Shown piece by piece: positions 28,359-38,635 of a DNA stretch of 64,000 nucleotides. The stretch comes from an uncultured Lachnospiraceae bacterium (lineage in GTDB: Bacteria; Bacillota; Clostridia; Lachnospirales; Lachnospiraceae): the NCBI GenBank assembly GCA_947624815.1, contig CANQME010000002.1:4261-68260 (forward strand). The letters are read 5' to 3'. Below the pieces are notes generated by a model. It was not told where the DNA came from and did not search any database. It saw nothing but the letters and a program-made list of their open reading frames with translations. How positions within the stretch are numbered: position 1 is the first letter of the stretch; each line of letters starts with the position of its first letter. A program made the position numbers and the translations under genes.

Positions 28359-28979
28359 TCACAGCGTGATGTTCTCGCCCTTCAGACCAATGAACGCACC
28401 CTCGTCCAGGCCGCCTTCCGCATGGCCGATCAGCCATTTGTTCTTCGCAAACAGCAGCTTATCCTCGGCAAACACCGGGTCTAACGGCTCCAGATCCGTA
28501 TTCGTGCCGGCCGGAAGAACGACCACGCAGCGGAATCCGCTCTCGTCCGTATGGCAGGGAGCGTAATGAAGCGTCGTCGCGTACACCTCGATAACGGTGC
28601 CCGCCGGAACCAGATAGGCTACCACCTTCGACGTATCGTAGGTGTAGTCCGCTTCGATATCCTGCTGTCTTCCGATCAGCAGAACCAGATCCGTGACCGC
28701 CACGTTGATCTCAGAATTCCTGTGGTATTCCAGGGCGTTCAGTTTCTTATTGTGGCCGTTGCAGTAGCCGACCTGAACCGGAAGCTGCCCGTACAGATTC
28801 TTCTGCATCAGCTTCGATACAGCCAGATCCTCCAGCTCCTTCACGGACGGCACATAGACCACGTCGTCCGGAAGCGGCGTCTTCTCCTTCATCACCGCCA
28901 AAAGCTCGCTCACATCGTAACCGGTCACCACCTTGCCGTACTCGGCAAACGACGGGTCTGTGACTTTTCTGATTTCCAT
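28359..28979 (-). CDS. DUF4867 family protein (cupin-like)
   Basis: GYCNGHN..LNALEYHR.SEIN, TTLHYAPC, NKWLIGH. Confidence 0.8.
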   Translation of the reverse strand: MEIRKVTDPSFAEYGKVVTGYDVSELLAVMKEKTPLPDDVVYVPSVKELEDLAVSKLMQKNLYGQLPVQVGYCNGHNKKLNALEYHRNSEINVAVTDLVLLIGRQQDIEADYTYDTSKVVAYLVPAGTVIEVYATTLHYAPCHTDESGFRCVVVLPAGTNTDLEPLDPVFAEDKLLFAKNKWLIGHAEGGLDEGAFIGLKGENITL

Positions 28980-29097
28980 GGGAAATGCCCTCCTTTTATT
29001 CCCTTGCGGGATAATTTTCCAAACCGCGATACACTGCGCCATGACCGCGTTCTGCCGTACTCCGGCCCTTCGGTTCTACCGCGGCGCGCCGCGCCGT

Positions 29098-30621
29098 CTA
29101 TAACGCCGCCAGCTCCTTATAGCTGTTCTTCAGGTCGATATAAAGCTTCTTATAAAGCCTGTGATACTCTGCATACCGCTTCGCATCCTCAGGATCCGGC
29201 TCGCTGCACTTGTCGGCCGACACCAGCTTCGCGCAGGCCGCTTCCACGCTTTCGTATATGCCGCAGCCCACGCCGGCCAGGATCGCCACGCCAAGGGCCG
29301 GGCCCTCAGACTGGTGGACCGTCTTCACCGGACAGCCGTACAGATCGGCCAGCATCTGACGCCAGATGGCGCTCTTGCCGCCTCCGCCGCAGGCCATCAT
29401 CTCATCCACTGCCACGCCCATCTCCCGGAGAATATCGTTGCAGTCCGCCAGGGAATAGGACACGCCCTCCATCACCGCCCGCAGCAGGTGGGCCTTGGTG
29501 TGGATAGCCGAAAGTCCGAAGAACACGCCCCGGCAGTCCGGATCCAGATGAGGCGTTCTCTCGCCCATCAGATACGGCAGATAGATCAGCCGGTCGCTGC
29601 CTGCCGGGATACTCTTAATATCGTGATTGATCAGGTCATAGACGTCCACCCGCATCTCATCGGCGGCCGCCACATAATCCTGACAGAACTGATCCTTGAA
29701 CCACTTCAGGGACAGTCCGGCTCCCTGCGTCACGCCCATGACATGCCAGGCTCCCGGCACCGCGCAGCAGCAGGTATGGACACGGCCCTTGGGGTCGATC
29801 GTCACCTGACTGGAATGGGCGAACACGACGCCGGAGGTTCCGATGGTGGTAAATGCGGTTCCGTCCCGGACGACGCCGGTTCCCACGGCTGCCGCCGCAT
29901 TATCTCCCGCTCCGCCGACCACCACGGTATCCGGAGTGAGTCCGGTAGCCTTCGCGATCTCTGGCAGAACCCGTCCCGTGACCTCGCAGGACTCGTAGAC
30001 CCTGCCCAGCCACTCCTTCGGGATCTCAAGCTTCTGAAGCACCACGTCCGACCAGCACCGCTCCGGCACGTCCAGAAGCTGCATGCCGCTGGCGTCCGAC
30101 ACCTCGGTGGCGAACTCGCCGGTCAGGATATAACGGATATAATCCTTCGGGAGAAGGATATGACGGCACCGGGCGTAATTGTCCGGCTCGTTCTTGCGGA
30201 CCCACAGGATCTTGGCCGCCGTCCAGCCGGTCAGAGGCGGATTAGCCGTAATCTCGATCCACTCCTCCCTGGGCATCAGCTTCAGCATGTCCTCCACCTC
30301 AGCCCCGGTTCTCTGGTCGCACCAGATGATGGACGGACGGATCACCTCGCCAGCCTCGTCGAGCATCACCAGACCGTGCATCTGTCCGGAAATACCGATT
30401 CCCTTAATATCCGCGGCCGCCACGCCGGCCTGCACCGTCACCTGCTTCAGGGTCTTAAGCACCGCATCCCGCCAGTCCTCCGGCTTCTGCTCCGCCCAGC
30501 CGTTATGGGGCTGATACAGCGGATAATCGGCGGAAGCGGACGCCATGATCGTTCCCTTCTCGTCAAATAAAACCGTCTTCGTCGCCGACGTTCCCACGTC
30601 GATCCCTATCAGGTAATACAT
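29098..30621 (-). CDS. xylB: Xylulokinase (FGGY family)
   Basis: GIDVGTS, SGQMHG, WCDQRT, GGAGDNAA, GTSGV, PYLMGERTP, RAVMEGV. Confidence 0.9.
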   Translation of the reverse strand: MYYLIGIDVGTSATKTVLFDEKGTIMASASADYPLYQPHNGWAEQKPEDWRDAVLKTLKQVTVQAGVAAADIKGIGISGQMHGLVMLDEAGEVIRPSIIWCDQRTGAEVEDMLKLMPREEWIEITANPPLTGWTAAKILWVRKNEPDNYARCRHILLPKDYIRYILTGEFATEVSDASGMQLLDVPERCWSDVVLQKLEIPKEWLGRVYESCEVTGRVLPEIAKATGLTPDTVVVGGAGDNAAAAVGTGVVRDGTAFTTIGTSGVVFAHSSQVTIDPKGRVHTCCCAVPGAWHVMGVTQGAGLSLKWFKDQFCQDYVAAADEMRVDVYDLINHDIKSIPAGSDRLIYLPYLMGERTPHLDPDCRGVFFGLSAIHTKAHLLRAVMEGVSYSLADCNDILREMGVAVDEMMACGGGGKSAIWRQMLADLYGCPVKTVHQSEGPALGVAILAGVGCGIYESVEAACAKLVSADKCSEPDPEDAKRYAEYHRLYKKLYIDLKNSYKELAAL

Positions 30622-30720
30622 GTTGATCCTCCTTGCAGTATGCCGCCCTGGGCCTGTCGCCCTTATCCTGCTTTGTTCCGGTGTTTTGTCCTCTCTTCGT
30701 TCGGACACCGAACCGGCGCG

Positions 30721-30744
30721 GGTATAATCTTTGTCAATTATACC
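30721..30744. promoter_or_regulatory. Palindromic operator candidate overlapping the extended -10 of xylB
   Basis: GGTATAAT-N8-ATTATACC with perfect 8-bp arms; TGGTATAAT on the minus strand. Confidence 0.5.
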
Positions 30745-30809
30745 ATTATTTCAGCAGATAATAAAGGGAAAATATAAATTATGAACTATTTTTCTTAAAG
30801 CTCCTGGTC

Positions 30810-31202
30810 TCAGAAATGGAATTCCTTCGCCGGCTCCGTAAACGAACAGATCTGCGCCGTCACGTTCTGCAGATAATAAACTTCCGTATTGCCGTCGCCG
30901 GGCTGATACATAGCCTGCAGGGAAGGATAAGCGTCCAGCATATGCTTCTGGGCCTCGATCTGCTCGTCCAGAACCGCTTCCGCCGTCACCCGGATCCACC
31001 GTCCGTCCGCCATTCCGGAGATCTCCACCTTCGGATTGGCCTTCATCTGATTGGCCACCGGCTTCACCTTGCCGGTCTGGATGTAGAGCTTTCCCTCAAA
31101 GAGATCGACGGTCCCAAAGGGACGGACATGCGGCTGATCGCCCTCAGCGGTCGCCAGATAGTACACTCCGCATTTTTTCAGGAATTCATAAACCTCGTTC
31201 AT
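30810..31202 (-). CDS. Pyridoxamine 5'-phosphate oxidase-like (NimC/NimA) flavin-binding protein
   Basis: YYLATAEGDQPHVRPFG, KPVANQMKANPKVEIS. Confidence 0.85.
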   Translation of the reverse strand: MNEVYEFLKKCGVYYLATAEGDQPHVRPFGTVDLFEGKLYIQTGKVKPVANQMKANPKVEISGMADGRWIRVTAEAVLDEQIEAQKHMLDAYPSLQAMYQPGDGNTEVYYLQNVTAQICSFTEPAKEFHF

Positions 31203-31394
31203 AGCATAGCCTCCTCGTACAAACATTTCGGAGCAGTCTCCGTATATGATCATTTTACCTCAGAATGATGCGGCTGGCAAATATTTTTGTGCGTTTTTCG
31301 AGGGGATTTTTCGCTGGATTGCAGTGGGAAAGAATTGCGCATACATCGTGGGTAAGGGACATGCGAGAGATATGCGTGAAGGAGGAGAAAGACA

Positions 31395-31449
31395 GATACG
31401 TGAAGGATACGCGAAAGATTCGTGAAAGATACGCGAAAGATACGCGAGA
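31395..31449 (+). repeat. 11-bp tandem repeat (GATACGYGAAA x5) running into the module B stem
   Basis: gatacgtgaag gatacgcgaaa gattcgtgaaa gatacgcgaaa gatacgcgaga. Confidence 0.8.
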
Positions 31450-32260
31450 CAGGCAGGGGCCGGGACACATCCTGTGCGCTCATGACTCCGAAGGGAAGTC
31501 TTTCTAAATTCAAAAACGCCGGTTTGAGGGCAACGGCAAATTCGTGAGAATTTCTGAAGAAATTCTCACTCAGGTTGCCGCTCCGCCCATGACTTGTGGT
31601 CATGGGCTCCGACCCTCAAACCCGTCGTTTTTTCATTAAGAAAGACTAACCCTTCTCCGTGAAATCGCGCCCAGGATGTGTCCCGGCCCCTGCCTGTCTC
31701 GCTGTTTTTTTGCGGGCGCGACGGACCGATTATTGACTTCTTCGCGGTGCGTCGATTAACTCTATGCAAAATTTCACGCAATAAAGGACGTACGTATACC
31801 TCGTTTCTGCGTTGGTTCTTCCGAAGCTGGATGTACTTACCCATATTGTATCCGAATCACCCACTCCTTCGTTGATTCTCTCAAAACGGGTATTCCCGCC
31901 CGCAACACCCCGAATCACATCATTCCATTAAGATTTCCAGTCCATGCAAAAGCCGTTAAATCAATCAGCAATGCTCTGCTCTTTTGTCTCTAGCGCCTGC
32001 GACAGCACAGCGGGCGGAAGTCCCACCGTATGCGCGATTTCGAGGAGGAGGGTTAGAGTGTCTTAGGCAAAAAAGGGCCGGTTTGGGGGTCTGCGGCCAT
32101 GACCACAAGTCATGGACGCAGTGTCAGTCTGAGCGGGAATTTCTTCAGAAATTCCCGCGAATCTGACAGTGCCCCCAAACCGGCACTTTTTTGTCTTAGA
32201 GACTCTTCCCTCCGGAACCATGAGCGCATACGGTGGGACTTCCGCCCGCGTCCCCCTCGC
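31395..32260. mobile_element. Paired-hairpin element copy 2, inverted relative to copy 1 (module B 31444-31702, module A 32010-32249)
   Basis: Reverse-complement match to 16657-17326 with compensatory changes and a longer internal spacer. Confidence 0.7.
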
Positions 32261-32306
32261 GACTATATTCACACCCAATCCCCCCCGCGAAGACCTCCCA
32301 TTCCCT

Positions 32307-35300
32307 CTACTCCAGCAGCCTCGCAATCTCCTCAAAGCTCAGGCTCCCCAGCGACACATTCTCATCCGTCACCACCTGATCCGCCAGCGACGCCTTCGCC
32401 TTCTGCAGCTTCAGGATATTCTCCTCGATCGTCCCCCGTGTAATCAGCTGGATCACCGTAACCGTCTTCTCCTGCCCGATCCGGTGGGCGCGGTCAGCAG
32501 CCTGATTCTGAGCCGCCACATTCCACCACGGATCATAATGGATCACCATATCCGCCTTCGTCAGGTTCAGCCCGGTGCCGCCCGCCTTCAGCGAGATCAG
32601 AAACACCGGCGCCTCGCCCCTCTGGAACGCATTGACCCTCTGCTGCCGTTCCTCCTTCGGCGTCTCTCCCACCAGAAGAAGACTGGCGATCCCCATCTCG
32701 TCGAGCCTGCGGCGGATCAGATCGAGCATGGACGTAAACTGCGAGAACAGAAGGATCCTGTATCCGGCCTCCACGCCGGAATTCAGAAGCTCCATACAGG
32801 TCTCCAGCTTGGCCGAACCGCCCTGATAGCCTTCATAGATCAGCCTGGGATCGCAGCAGACCTGCCTCAGCCTGGTCAGGGCCGCCAGGATCTGGATCTT
32901 ATTCTCCGTCTCCCGGCCCTCCAGCGTCTCCTTAAGCTGCATCGCCCGGGCCGCGTAAAGCTCCTTCTGCTCCCCCTCCATCTGCGAATAGACCACCGTT
33001 TCCAACTTCTCCGGCAGCTCCTTCAGCACATCCCGCTTCAGCCGCCTCAGAATAAACGGCCCGGTCATCCGGCGGAGCATCCCTACGGCGTCCCCGTCTC
33101 CCTCCCGCACGATCGGCGACTCGAATCGCTCCTTAAAGCGTTGATACGAATAGAGGAATCCGGGCATCAGAAAATCAAAAATACTCCAGAGCTCGCTCAG
33201 CCGGTTCTCGATGGGCGTGCCCGTCAGGGCATAACGGGTCTGCGCCTGCACCGCCTTCACAGCCCTGGCGCTCTGCGTAGCCGGATTCTTGATATACTGC
33301 GCCTCGTCTGCGACCTGAAAACGGAAATGAAGTCCCTCGTAGAGAGGCAGATCCCTCTTCAACAGGTCGTAAGACGTGATCACGACATCGTGATCCGCCG
33401 TGTTCCGAAGCTTCTCCTCCCGCTCCCCGGCGTTTCCGGTGATCAAAAGAACCCGCAGGGACGGGGCAAATTTCATGAATTCGTATTCCCAGTTATAGAT
33501 CAGGGACGCCGGACATACGATCAGGGATACCTCTGCTTTCCCATCCGCTGCGCGGCGCTTTCTCTGCACCTCGTCGAAGATCACACTGATGACCTGCACG
33601 GTCTTCCCCAGCCCCATATCGTCGGCCAGTATGCCGCCGAAGCCGAAGAAATCCAGCGTCTTAAGCCACCGGAAGCCAACCTTCTGGTATCCGCGCAGCT
33701 CCTTCGCAAATTCCTCCGGAATCTCGAAATCACTGTCCTCCACCGATTTCATACCGCGGACGATCGCCTTAAAATGCGAATCCCGTTCCAGACGGATATC
33801 GTGTCTCTCCCGGTAGAGGCTGTCCAGATAGAGCGCCCGGTACTTGGGCACCCGGAACACATTTGCGGCGGCTGTACCGCCGGAAGACCCGGCATCCGCC
33901 CCGGTCAGGGCGGCCGCGTTCTTCTCCGGCGTTCCCACATAATCCACCATACGGGCCACGGTCAGCAGGCCGTTGTCCGCCAGCTGCAGAAACTCCCCGC
34001 TCTTCAGCCGGTAATAGGGCCGCTTCTCCCGGTACGCCGTCAGGATCCGTCCCAGCTCCGCTCCGCTCAGATCCCCGGCGTCTACGGTCAGCTCCAGCCA
34101 GCCGCCGGCTGCCTGGATCCCTACGGACACCGGCCGGGGCGGGAGTACCTTCAGACTGCCCATGCTGTCCGCCAGCAGCACTTCTCCCAGCTCCTTCAGC
34201 TCCGCGATCCCTTCCGACAGAAGACGAAAAACCGCCGTCTCATCGTCCCGGATCACCAGATCGTCGGTAGCGGAATCCCGGTATGGAAAATATTTCGTCA
34301 GTACCTGACTGATACGAAACTCCCCGGGCACGTCGCGGACCACCGACGACGGCACGCTTTCGTCCCTCAGGGGGTGGAAGGTAAAACTTCCGTAGCTGAG
34401 CTGCGGCCGCAGGATCACCTGGTCGGGGCCGGGACTTTCCAGTTCGAAACGGGCTTTCAGCGCCGCGGGCCGGCAGCGTTCCAGCTCCACGCCATCGGAA
34501 TGCAGAACGCCCAGACGTTCCATTTTCCGAAGCACTCTCTCGTAGAACAGAGGCACATCCTTTTCGTTGACCGTCACCTCATACGGCGCGCCGTAGCCCT
34601 GGGTCATCTGGCTGAAGAACACGCCCATCTCGCGGCTGAATTCCTCACTGCACTGGTAAAGCCTGCTGCCCTTCAGGACATAGAGATGCTTCTCACCGCT
34701 GAAGGTAACGATATCCCGGTCGAGGGATACGCGAAGCCCGCGCGCGCCGGCTCTGCGGACATCCACGATAAAATCCGGATTCCCGCTGCACACCAGAAGC
34801 TGGCGTCTGCCGCCTCTGCCGTCCTCCGCCTCCACCTCCCGGCCAAGCAGGAGTCCGAAGAAGCGGTCCCTCCGCACCCGGCTCAGGTTCAGCTCCCGGA
34901 TCGGCGGCACCGGAACATAAATGCTCTTTTTGAATTCAAAATAATGCTCCCGGTAGGAATCGGCCAGCTCCAGCACCAGATCAAGAAGCTCCCTGGAATC
35001 CTCGGAGAACGCCTCCCGGCTGTGATAGAAGGCCAGCCCCTTACCGTATTCCACATAGGATCCCTTCTCGACAGCCTCCGCCAGTGCCGACAGATCCCGG
35101 ACCACATAGCTGCGCCCGGCGCCGATGCGGAATTCCACACGGATCTCCTGCCGGTGCAGAAGCAGGCGGGGAACCAGCTCTACCGGCTTTGCGTGACCGC
35201 TGCGGGCTATACCCGCCACCTCGCGGTTGGTGTATTCCCGGATCATGCTGCGGACCTGGGGAGAGGTGGATACAGGTCTGGGGGAATCCTCGTCCGCATG

Positions 35301-35507
35301 CTCCAGATAGTATTTCAGAAGAGCCTTCTCATGGACGCAGGGACGTGTATAAGTCCCTTTCATTTTACAGGAACAAGAGCAGCTGTAAAGCTCGCTGCCC
35401 TTGACCTCCAGACGCACATGATATTCGTAACCCAGATCCTCCACGACGCCTTCCACGCCGGTTTCGCCTTTCCAGAAGGTCCGGGTCTGCATACTCACGA
35501 TCCGCAT
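32307..35507 (-). CDS. SNF2-family helicase with SWIM zinc finger
   Basis: CSCSC...CVHE, ILADDMGLGKT, DEAQ, LTGTPIEN, SLKAGGTGLNL, RAHRIGQ. Confidence 0.92.
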   Translation of the reverse strand: MRIVSMQTRTFWKGETGVEGVVEDLGYEYHVRLEVKGSELYSCSCSCKMKGTYTRPCVHEKALLKYYLEHADEDSPRPVSTSPQVRSMIREYTNREVAGIARSGHAKPVELVPRLLLHRQEIRVEFRIGAGRSYVVRDLSALAEAVEKGSYVEYGKGLAFYHSREAFSEDSRELLDLVLELADSYREHYFEFKKSIYVPVPPIRELNLSRVRRDRFFGLLLGREVEAEDGRGGRRQLLVCSGNPDFIVDVRRAGARGLRVSLDRDIVTFSGEKHLYVLKGSRLYQCSEEFSREMGVFFSQMTQGYGAPYEVTVNEKDVPLFYERVLRKMERLGVLHSDGVELERCRPAALKARFELESPGPDQVILRPQLSYGSFTFHPLRDESVPSSVVRDVPGEFRISQVLTKYFPYRDSATDDLVIRDDETAVFRLLSEGIAELKELGEVLLADSMGSLKVLPPRPVSVGIQAAGGWLELTVDAGDLSGAELGRILTAYREKRPYYRLKSGEFLQLADNGLLTVARMVDYVGTPEKNAAALTGADAGSSGGTAAANVFRVPKYRALYLDSLYRERHDIRLERDSHFKAIVRGMKSVEDSDFEIPEEFAKELRGYQKVGFRWLKTLDFFGFGGILADDMGLGKTVQVISVIFDEVQRKRRAADGKAEVSLIVCPASLIYNWEYEFMKFAPSLRVLLITGNAGEREEKLRNTADHDVVITSYDLLKRDLPLYEGLHFRFQVADEAQYIKNPATQSARAVKAVQAQTRYALTGTPIENRLSELWSIFDFLMPGFLYSYQRFKERFESPIVREGDGDAVGMLRRMTGPFILRRLKRDVLKELPEKLETVVYSQMEGEQKELYAARAMQLKETLEGRETENKIQILAALTRLRQVCCDPRLIYEGYQGGSAKLETCMELLNSGVEAGYRILLFSQFTSMLDLIRRRLDEMGIASLLLVGETPKEERQQRVNAFQRGEAPVFLISLKAGGTGLNLTKADMVIHYDPWWNVAAQNQAADRAHRIGQEKTVTVIQLITRGTIEENILKLQKAKASLADQVVTDENVSLGSLSFEEIARLLE

Positions 35508-35582
35508 GGATCTCCTCCATTCGCCCCTGCCGGGGTACGTTTAGACGCTTCCTTCACCCTTCCGGGCAGACGTGCCGCCGTA

Positions 35583-37403
35583 TCACATCCGGTCCGGCGC
35601 GTCGAAGCCGAGCAGACCGATGCAGCTTTCCAGCACGTCCTTCACCAGCCGGATCAACCGGATATAGCCGGCCTTCTTCTCCGGATCCTCTTCCTTTAGG
35701 ATCATCGTCGTGTTATAGAAGCTGCCGAACGCGTCGGACAGTTCGTAAATGAACTGACACAGCCTGTGGGGCGCCTTCTCCGCGAACGCCGTCTCCACCA
35801 CGTCGTTGTATGCGGACAGCTTCCGCATCAGGGTCTTCTCCTCCTCCGACTGGGCGGGCCGCATCCTGCCTTCGGCAGACGCCGCGGAAGCGCCCTCCGC
35901 TTTCCCGGCCGCCGCCAGGGCTTCCTCATATTTTGCCAGGATCGACTTGATCCTGACGATCGTATACAGAATATACGGTCCCGTGTTTCCCTCAAAGGAA
36001 GTGAACCGGTCGACGTCGAACACGTAATCCTTCGACACCTGGTTGGACAGATCGCCGTATTTCAGCGCCGCCAGGCCGATGGTCCGGGACGCCTCCCGCG
36101 CTTCCTCCTCGCTCATGGTCCGGTTCTCCATGATCCGGTCGTAGACCGCCTCGTCGATCTCCCGGATCAGGTTCTCCAGACGCATGACGCCGCCGGCCCT
36201 GGTCTTGAAGGGCTTGCCGTCCTTGCCGTTCATGGTGCCGCACATCATATGGGTCATCTTCGTCTCAGGCTTAACGTAGCCCGCCTTTTTCGCCACACGG
36301 AACACCTGGATGAAATGCAGCTCCTGCCGCTTGTCCGTGATGTAAATATACTCTGCGGGGGCATAGTCCCGCTCCCTCTCGATGATCGTCCCCAGATCCG
36401 AGGTCGCGTAAAGCGCCGCTCCGTCCGATTTGCGGATAATACAGGGCGGAAGCTCCTTCGGGTCGTCCGGCCGGGCGATATCCACCACCAGCGCTCCCTC
36501 GCTCTCATAGGCCAGACCCTTCTTCTGCAGATCCTCGATCAGACCGGGGATGTACGGCTGGGCGTCGCTCTCCCCCTTCCACAGGTCGAAGGTCACGTTC
36601 AGACTGCCGTAATTCTTCTTCAGATCCGCCAGGGACACGTTCATGATATGGCGCCAGATCGCCCGGAACGGCGCGTAGCCGCTCTGCAGCCGGAAGGTCG
36701 CCTCCTGAGCCCTGGCCCGGAAATTCTCGTCCTCCTTGGACCGCGCGCTGGCCGCCGGATAGATCTCCTCCAGCTCGCTGATCGTAAACGGGGCCTCCTG
36801 CGGATATTCTCCCGTAAAATTCTCGTCAAAATACGGCAGCTCCGGCTTCCGGTCCCGCAGCTCTTCGATGATCAGGCCCATCTGCAGGCCCCAGTCGCCC
36901 AGATGCACGTCGCCCACCATATGGTATCCCAGGTAATTGCCCATCCGCTTGATGCACTCGCCGATGATGGCCGTGCGCAGATGCCCTACGTGAAGAGGCT
37001 TGGCTACATTGGCCCCGCCGTAATCCACGATGATCGTCTCGCCGCTGCCGCATTCCTCCACGCCGAGCTTCGCCTCGCTGCGCATGCCGTCCAGATAAGC
37101 AGCCAGATAGTCGCCGCTCAGCTTCAGGTTAAGGAAGCCCGGCATCACCGCTTCGACGGAAGAGAACATGGGAACCGCCCCGGCCGTCTCCTCCGCCTGC
37201 CGCTTTAACGCCGCCGCCACGTCTCCGGCGATATCGATGGGCTTCTTATGATACGCCTTCGCCGCCGCCATGGCCCCGTTGCACTGGTATTCACACAGAT
37301 CCGGCCGGTTGGAAAGCGTCACCTTCCCGTAATCCGCCGCATATCCGCAGCTTTCAAACGCCGCCCGCACCTGTTCCGCCGTCAGATCAAGTATCTTCTT
37401 CAC
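35583..37403 (-). CDS. argS: Arginine--tRNA ligase
   Basis: ANVAKPLHVGHLR, HLGDWG, PFKTRAG, FEGNTGPYILY; GTG start. Confidence 0.95.
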   Translation of the reverse strand: MKKILDLTAEQVRAAFESCGYAADYGKVTLSNRPDLCEYQCNGAMAAAKAYHKKPIDIAGDVAAALKRQAEETAGAVPMFSSVEAVMPGFLNLKLSGDYLAAYLDGMRSEAKLGVEECGSGETIIVDYGGANVAKPLHVGHLRTAIIGECIKRMGNYLGYHMVGDVHLGDWGLQMGLIIEELRDRKPELPYFDENFTGEYPQEAPFTISELEEIYPAASARSKEDENFRARAQEATFRLQSGYAPFRAIWRHIMNVSLADLKKNYGSLNVTFDLWKGESDAQPYIPGLIEDLQKKGLAYESEGALVVDIARPDDPKELPPCIIRKSDGAALYATSDLGTIIERERDYAPAEYIYITDKRQELHFIQVFRVAKKAGYVKPETKMTHMMCGTMNGKDGKPFKTRAGGVMRLENLIREIDEAVYDRIMENRTMSEEEAREASRTIGLAALKYGDLSNQVSKDYVFDVDRFTSFEGNTGPYILYTIVRIKSILAKYEEALAAAGKAEGASAASAEGRMRPAQSEEEKTLMRKLSAYNDVVETAFAEKAPHRLCQFIYELSDAFGSFYNTTMILKEEDPEKKAGYIRLIRLVKDVLESCIGLLGFDAPDRM

Positions 37404-37462
37404 CGTTAAACTCTCCTTCTGTTATGCACATTTCCTCGTGACTGGCATTCTGTTCTATATGG

Positions 37463-37494
37463 AAAAAACCCCCTGGGACGGATCCCAGAGGGGA
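37463..37494 (-). terminator. Terminator after efp
   Basis: cccc(t)ctggg ... cccagggggt stem plus T-tract on the minus strand. Confidence 0.7.
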
Positions 37495-37515
37495 CTTCAT
37501 ACGAAGCTGTAATTC

Positions 37516-38073
37516 TTACGCTCTGGACAGATACTCGCCGGTGCGGGTATCGATCTTGATCCGGTCGCCGGTGCTGACGAACAGCGGCACAAATACGGTG
37601 GCGCCGGTCTCCACGACAGCGGGCTTGGAAGCGCCGGTAGCGGTATCGCCCTTGAAGCCGGGTTCCGTGTCCGTGATCTCCAGCTCCACAAACAGAGGCG
37701 GCTCCACGGAGAATACCTTGCCGTTATAGGAGCAGACCTTGCACATCTCGTTCTCCTTGACGAACTTCAACGCGTCGCCGATCAGCTCGCTGCTTAAGGC
37801 AATCTGCTCGTAGGTGTTGGTATCCATGAAATTGTAAAGATCGCCGTCCTGATACAGATACTGCATGTCCACTCTGTCGATCCTGGCAGCCGGGAACTTC
37901 TCGGTCGGACGGAAGGTCTTCTCAACCACGCCGCCGCTGATGACGTTCTTGAGCTTCGTGCGGACAAACGCCGCGCCCTTGCCGGGCTTCACATGCTGGA
38001 ACTCCAGTACCTGGAATACGTTCCCGTCGATCTCCAATGTCACGCCGTTCCTAAAATCGCCTGCTGATATCAT
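37516..38073 (-). CDS. efp: Elongation factor P
   Basis: [35 protein letters not shown]. Confidence 0.97.
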   Translation of the reverse strand: MISAGDFRNGVTLEIDGNVFQVLEFQHVKPGKGAAFVRTKLKNVISGGVVEKTFRPTEKFPAARIDRVDMQYLYQDGDLYNFMDTNTYEQIALSSELIGDALKFVKENEMCKVCSYNGKVFSVEPPLFVELEITDTEPGFKGDTATGASKPAVVETGATVFVPLFVSTGDRIKIDTRTGEYLSRA

Positions 38074-38203
38074 AAATGTAGCTCCTCCTTCAAATACTGA
38101 CTCACTTTACGGTGTTTGATCCATTACATTCTATACTAAAACTGTAGTTCTTTCAACCATTTTTTGTAAAATCTCGCCCTGAAATGCGATTTTACGTGCT
38201 TTC

Positions 38204-38635
38204 CTATGCCTTTCCCGTCAGATAATCCATGGCCAGTTCGTAACCCTTTAACCCTAAACCCACAATCTGACCTGTACACACCGGCGCGGTTACGGATGTG
38301 TGGCGGAATTCCTCCCGCTTATGGACGTTGGAAATATGAACCTCGATCTTCGGGATCTCCACCGAGGCAAGCGCATCCCGAACCGCATAGCTGTAATGGG
38401 TGAACGCGCCCGGATTGATGATGATGCCCTCCACCTTCTCGTGGTAAGCCGCCTGGATCCTGTCGATGATGGCGCCCTCGCTGTTGCTCTGGAACACCTC
38501 CAGCTCATGCCCCTCCGCCTTCGCCTTATTCTGAAGCGTGTTTACCAGATACTCATAGTCCTCCGTTCCGTAGACGCCCTTTTCCCGGATACCCAGGAAG
38601 TTCAGGTTCGGACCGTTGATTACCAAAAGCTTCAT
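38204..38635 (-). CDS. aroQ: Type II 3-dehydroquinate dehydratase
   Basis: NGPNLNFLG.RE..VYG, NPGAFTHYS, EVHISN..REEFRH. Confidence 0.95.
   Translation of the reverse strand: MKLLVINGPNLNFLGIREKGVYGTEDYEYLVNTLQNKAKAEGHELEVFQSNSEGAIIDRIQAAYHEKVEGIIINPGAFTHYSYAVRDALASVEIPKIEVHISNVHKREEFRHTSVTAPVCTGQIVGLGLKGYELAMDYLTGKA

Noticed and set aside
32169-35699. Very long plus-strand ORFs (1176 aa here; also 7105-9792, 49482-52106, 51632-54400, 22283-23983, 24747-26732)
   Set aside because: Antisense shadows of well-supported minus-strand genes in high-GC DNA; no recognisable motifs or RBS.
37404-37515. T-box leader for argS
   Set aside because: Only ~110 bp, largely occupied by the efp terminator; no T-box consensus.
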